Shown here one piece after another: positions 56,029-64,000 of a stretch of DNA of 64,000 nt (positions are counted from its first letter, which is position 1; each line of letters opens with the position of its first letter). A program made the translations under genes and the position numbers. Location of the stretch: the NCBI RefSeq assembly GCF_009914755.1, contig NC_060941.1; one strand, given 5' to 3'. A model generated the notes under the pieces. That model did not search any database. It saw only the letters and a list, made by a program, of their open reading frames with translations, and had not been told where the DNA came from. The DNA is from the human T2T-CHM13v2.0 reference genome, Homo sapiens.

Positions 56029-58250
56029 CGTGGCGGCAAGAGGGGCAGGATGGCTGGGCCACTCCCCTTGGCCCTGGTCCTGGCTTGCCCCACCCCGCCG
56101 CCATGGCCCAGGATGAGGGTATATATTTGGAGGGGACGTAGGACGCCGGCAGAGAAGGAGCCGGGTGGAGCTGTGGTCCCGCTGAGGAAGCTTTGTAGAT
56201 ACATGCATTGCACCCCTATTTTCACAAAGCTTGGCTATCAGAGCATTATGAACACTAATGACCTTAAACTCAGGTTGTCCAAAGCTGAGCAAGAACACCC
56301 ACTACGTTTCTGGAATGAGCTTGAAGAAGCCTGACAGGTAGAACTTTATGCAGAGCTCCAGGCCATCGACTTTCAGGAACTGAACTTCTTTTTCCAAAAG
56401 GCCATTGAAGGATTTAACCAGTCCTCTCATCAAGAAAAGGTGGATGCGTGAATGGAACCTGTCCCTCGAGAAGTACTGGGCAGTGCTGCAGGGAAGCTAG
56501 ATCAGCTCCAGGTCTGGGAAAGCAAAGTTTTCCAGATTTCTGAGAACAAAGTCACAGTTGTTCTAGCTGGTGGGCAGGGGACTAGACTCGTTGCATATCC
56601 AAAGGGGATGTATGATGTTGGTTTGCCATCCCATAAGACACTTTTTCAGATTCAAGCAGAGCATATCCTGAAGCTACAACAGTTAGCTGAAAAATATTAT
56701 GGCAACAAATGCATTATTCCATATAATGATCAGTGGCAGAACAGCAGAATCTACAAAGGAGTTCTTCACCAAGCACAAGTACTTTGGTTTAAAAAAAATA
56801 GAAAATATAATCTTTTTTTCAGTAAGGAATGCTCCCTGCCATGAGTTTTGATGGGCAAATTATTTTGGAAGAGAAGAACAAAGTTTCTATGGCTCCAGAT
56901 GAGAATGGTGGTCTTTGTCAGGCTCTTGCAGCCTGGCATATTGTGGAGGATATGGAGCAAAGAGGCATTTGGAACATTCGTGTCTATTGTGTTGACAGTG
57001 TATTAGTAAAAGTGGCAGACCCACGGTTCATTGGATTTTGCATTCAGAAAGGAGCAGACTGTGGAGCAAAGGTGGTAGAGAAAACAAACCCTACAGAACT
57101 GGATGGAGTGGTTTGCCGAGTGGATGGATTTTACCAGGTGGTAGAATATAGTGATATTTCCCTGGCAACAGCTCAGAAATGAAGCTCAGATGGATGACTG
57201 CTGTTCAATGTGGGGAATATTGCCAACCATTTATTCACTGTACCATTTCTGAGAGATGTTGTCAATGTTTATGAACCTCAGTTGTAGCACCATGTGGCTC
57301 AAAAGAAGATTCCTTATGTGGATACCCAACAGCACTTAATTAAGCCAGATAAACCCAGTGGAATAAGTATGGAAAAATTTGTCTTTTCCATAATAAGTAT
57401 AGAAAAATCTTCTAGTTCACAAAGAAGTCTGTGGTTTATGAAATATTATGGGAAGATGACTTTTCCACACTAAAGAATGCTGACAGTCAGAATGGGAAAG
57501 ACAACTCTACTACCGCAAGGCACACTTTCATTATTGCTGGGTTCTCAATGCAGGGGTCACTTTATAGATGAAAATGGCTATCATCTTCCAGCAATTTCCC
57601 ACTTAAAGGATGCCAATGATGTACCAATCCAGTGTGAAATCTCTCCTCTTATCTCTAATGCTGAGGAAGGAATAGAAAGTTATGTGGCAGATATAGAATT
57701 CCATGCACCTTTAATCATCGATGAGAATGGAGTTCATGAGCTGGTGAAAAATGGTATATGAACCTGATACCAAGTTCTACCACAACAGGAATAGCTTTTG
57801 TTTTTGATAGACCGACTGTGAACCTACAGGACCTCCTGGATGACTGAAGTTTAAATATTCACAGGGTTTTATTTTGCTTGTTGAACCCTTAGAGCTACTG
57901 CAAACTTCCCAAGATCTAGATGACTGAACTTCAGATATCATTTTTATTATTCCCAACTCATTGAAGGTCTTATTTATATTTTTCAATTGTGTATTTTTTT
58001 CCAAGGCGAGGAAACCATTGGCAATACAAGAAATTTCCTACAGCCGAACTATAGTCAGGATGTTCAACATCACTTTACTTGGAGCTGGAGGCATTTGTTT
58101 TTGAAGTTGTGCATAGTAATAATATGTCATTGTAGATGTTGAAAGGTTTCTATGGTACCAAAAGTTTATTTTATCAAACATTCAACTTTTTAAAGGAAAT
58201 AATTGGACAGTAAAATAAACATATCTTCCTGTTTCTGGAAAACAATAAAA
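56029..58250 (+). pseudogene. UAP1: Processed pseudogene of UDP-N-acetylglucosamine pyrophosphorylase UAP1 (former CDS 56248-57761)
   Basis: Intronless MNTNDLKLRLSKAEQEH..., [13 protein letters not shown], ...[13 protein letters not shown] with stops and frameshifts. Both UTRs are present, AATAAA at 58214, degenerate A tail, TSD atttgcttct (56019-56028, 58251-58260). The symbol given is the parent gene. Confidence 0.95.
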
Positions 58251-59086
58251 ATTTGCTTCTTCCTCTCAGTTTTCACTTATGCATATTATTGAACAGTTGA
58301 TTTCTTATGAATAGACTGAAGAAAAAACCATCACTATTATAGATAAGTAAATTTTCAGTCTTTTTCATCTTGGATGGCAAGCAAAATCAAATATATGGAG
58401 GCAAGAACTATTGGGCAAAGCATTTTCTACCTCTGTGCACAATTGAAATGACATTATTCAAGGTGACTGCATCTGAACACATCCTCAATCATGCATTATC
58501 CAAGAAGTAAAATGGTCTTAGGCGGGCAGGGGCAGGAATAATGGGAAGTTATAAGAGTGCTGGACACAGAGAAGGTACAAAGTAAATCGTTGTTTGCTAT
58601 TCACTATGTAGACATTACATTGTTTTTTAAATCACCTTCTGTATATTTTGTTCAGCCAAAAATAATTTTCAGTGATAAGAAGTAGGTACTTTGCGAGGCA
58701 TTGGGGAAACAAAGGAAAAACACATCCTCTGTTCTTGAGGAGTTCACAATCTAGAAATGAAGTCAAAAGAGTAAATAAATACCTGTAATAAACTCTAAAA
58801 AACATGTAAAATGAAAAAATATCCTGATTAGCATAAGAGCTTAAAACATGACTATTTCTTTTGATGAAAAACTCTTTTATTAAGGAGAAAAGACCATGGT
58901 CTTACTCTTATGTTGGGCGTGTACTGAGTTATTAATTCATGATTTCAGATTTTATTCAAGACTTTGTAATAGTTGGCTCTTTGTTCCTACTTGCCACACA
59001 TTCTGTGTTGTTTTCATATTAGAATAGGATGGCAGATATATCTATGTTCAAAAGTAAATACAGTATTTGAACTTATTCTATTACAG

Positions 59087-59158
59087 GTAACCACATGGTG
59101 GATATTGGGGATATTATATTTACTTTGAATGAGCTACAGGAACAGTATGAGGATGTTT
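59087..59158 (+). CDS. EFCAB13: EFCAB13 coding exon, (S)NHMVDIGDIIFTLNELQEQYEDV, 72 nt
   Basis: ttctattacag acceptor, TTT|GTAAGT donor, phase 1 to 1. Confidence 0.9.
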
Positions 59159-59309
59159 GTAAGTGAGCTCTTGTTGCTATGACAAGTTTTGTTTATAATT
59201 AAAGTCTTTACATTAAATCTTAATTTATAAGTTTTATTTTATAAAGGGTTTTGAAAACCTTCTCTGAATAATTTACCCTCTTAAATCAAGGAGATAAAAT
59301 ATAATACTC

Positions 59310-62190
<2,881 letters not shown>

Positions 62191-63120
62191 GACTGGGAAA
62201 GCCCTTAATCAGTGAGAATCAGAGATTCTGGGCAGGCTGTTTGGTGTGGTCCAAAAGCCTAAATCAGAAGTGTCAAAGATTATATTTTTACCTGCTCACT
62301 AACCTATTTATCTGATACATAGTGCACTTAGAGATACATATATAGCACCATCTTTAAGTATTTTCAGACTTTAATATTAAAATATTTTCATTTAATTATT
62401 TTCAATTGTTAATTCTCATAGAGTCTAAGATAAGAAACTTTTTTATTTCCTCTAGGCAAAATTTATTCATAGTTGAGATTATATTGCTGCTGCGTGACAG
62501 TCTCATAGAGTTGTTTTGAGGATCAAATATTATAACATTTGAAATACTTTAAAATGTGTTATTAAAATGTAAGATAAGATTCTGAAACATCAGATAAATT
62601 TTGTAAATGAAGTCTCAGTTTGGGGCATTGTGTTAATAATTTTCTAAAGATGTTGTTTTATATATGAAGTTATTTTTTCCTCCACAAATACCAAGAATAT
62701 TTAGGAGAGTAATTACTTAAGTTCTAATTTTATAAATAAAATCTCCCCTTTCCTCATAGTTCTGCCTTTTATAAGTAAGGAATTTCTATCTGTATTAGCT
62801 TATTAATCTATTATCTTTGTCAATTGGGAAGGAGTGGGGAATGAGAACCATATACTTCATTAGGCTATCATTTTAGTTTTACTGTAACTTTAAATAGCTT
62901 TGGATGGGAATATGTAAATATATTAAAGCAGCACATTACATTTGACCTAGTTAATAGTCCAATCTTTTGACTGTCAGTTCTTTAATTTTTTTGGTTTGTT
63001 TTATATGTTTAAGAAACTGATAATTTCTTGAATAGTTTTCATGAGGACTTAGTTGTTATTTTTGAAATGTATTGCAAATTATACAGGTAAATGAAATAAT
63101 TGTATATTTCTCTTATTTAG

Positions 63121-63615
63121 CAATTACAGAAGGATCACCTTTGAATGAAATTACTTCAGACAGAAAGTTATCAAGTATAGCAGGATGCTATCTAAAATAT
63201 AAGAAGAAAAATAGTTTGTCTTCCAAACTCCCTGAACCTTCAATATCCAAAAAGTTAAATAAAAAAAGCAACCAATATTATAGCAAAATTATGGAGAATG
63301 ATGACCTTGAATCTAAAAGACCAAAAAATACTTGGCAAATAAGAAAATTTCTGGGTGGGGTTGGCAGCAGTAATGTAGGAGTCCAAGAACCATATTCAAA
63401 GAATGGCATAAACTTTAAAAAACATTCAGAGAAGGGTGAAATTCATGACTCAAAGTCTAAACCACAAAGCTTGAAGAGTAGTACAAGCCTCAGTAAGTCT
63501 CTGGATAAAAGTGATATTTCTAGTATCCCAAAACTTCAGTAGCCAGCTGTAAGAAAGCATTCCAGTCTCCAAAAACAGGTTTCGTCTACGGAAAAAACTG
63601 CAATTAGTACTCTGG
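63121..63615 (+). CDS. EFCAB13: EFCAB13 coding exon (495 nt) with an in-frame TAG at 63540-63542
   Basis: tttctcttatttag acceptor, TGG|GTAAGT donor, phase 1 to 1; the frame stays open after the TAG up to the donor. Confidence 0.9.
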
Positions 63616-64000
63616 GTAAGTAAAAATCTAGGTTCTTGAGTTCTTCAGTCATCACAGAAATGAACAGAATGAATCAATTATTAGATAGTTGTAAGCATTT
63701 CAATTGTTAACACCCTGGGTAACCACCACTTCTTTTTTTTTTAATTTTTAAATTATTTATAGAGACAGGGTTACCCAGGCTGGTCTCAAACCCCTGGCCT
63801 CAAGCAATCCTCCTGCATTGGCCTCCCAAAGTGCTGGGATTATAGGCGTGAACCACCATGCCTATGCAAAAATTCTGGAAATGTACAGTAGTGATGGTGG
63901 TACAACTTTGTAAATGTGATTAATGCCACTGAATAGTATGTCTATTTTTTATTTTTTGAGTCAGAATCTCACTCTGTCAACCAGGCTGGAGTGTAGTGGC

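Noticed and set aside
56050-57761. UAP1-like ORFs as a functional retrogene
   Set aside because: Several stops (e.g. 56332, 57180), frameshifts and small deletions around the [10 protein letters not shown] motif.
63072-63542. 156-aa ORF as a standalone gene or as the terminal exon
   Set aside because: It starts in intronic sequence. It is an internal EFCAB13 exon with a strong downstream donor and a premature stop.

Overview
Human (primate) genomic DNA, recognised from memory as 17q21.32. It holds the distal 3' UTR of ITGB3 (about 1-1093), a repeat-filled spacer, a CpG-island promoter (about 11940-12480), and the 5' part of EFCAB13 (C17orf57) on the + strand. EFCAB13 has three putative non-coding exons and nine coding exons, which I reconstructed with phase-consistent GT-AG junctions. 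Its introns are packed with Alu, L1 and LTR elements and contain a sense-oriented UAP1 processed pseudogene. The main finding is that the gene appears to be decaying. (1) A young AluYb-lineage element sits inside a fossil 75-nt exon that supplied the missing second half of an EF-hand loop. (2) One splice donor is crippled (ACA|GTTATT) and lies upstream of a sense LTR13 poly(A) signal. (3) An in-frame TAG at codon 433 is predicted to trigger NMD. (4) There are further possible fossil exon remnants. A complex inversion with templated duplications at the 5' tip of a 3'-truncated L1 can also be read directly from the sequence. Most ORFs in the supplied track are Alu or L1 artefacts. Gene and repeat-subfamily names come from recall, not from database searches.
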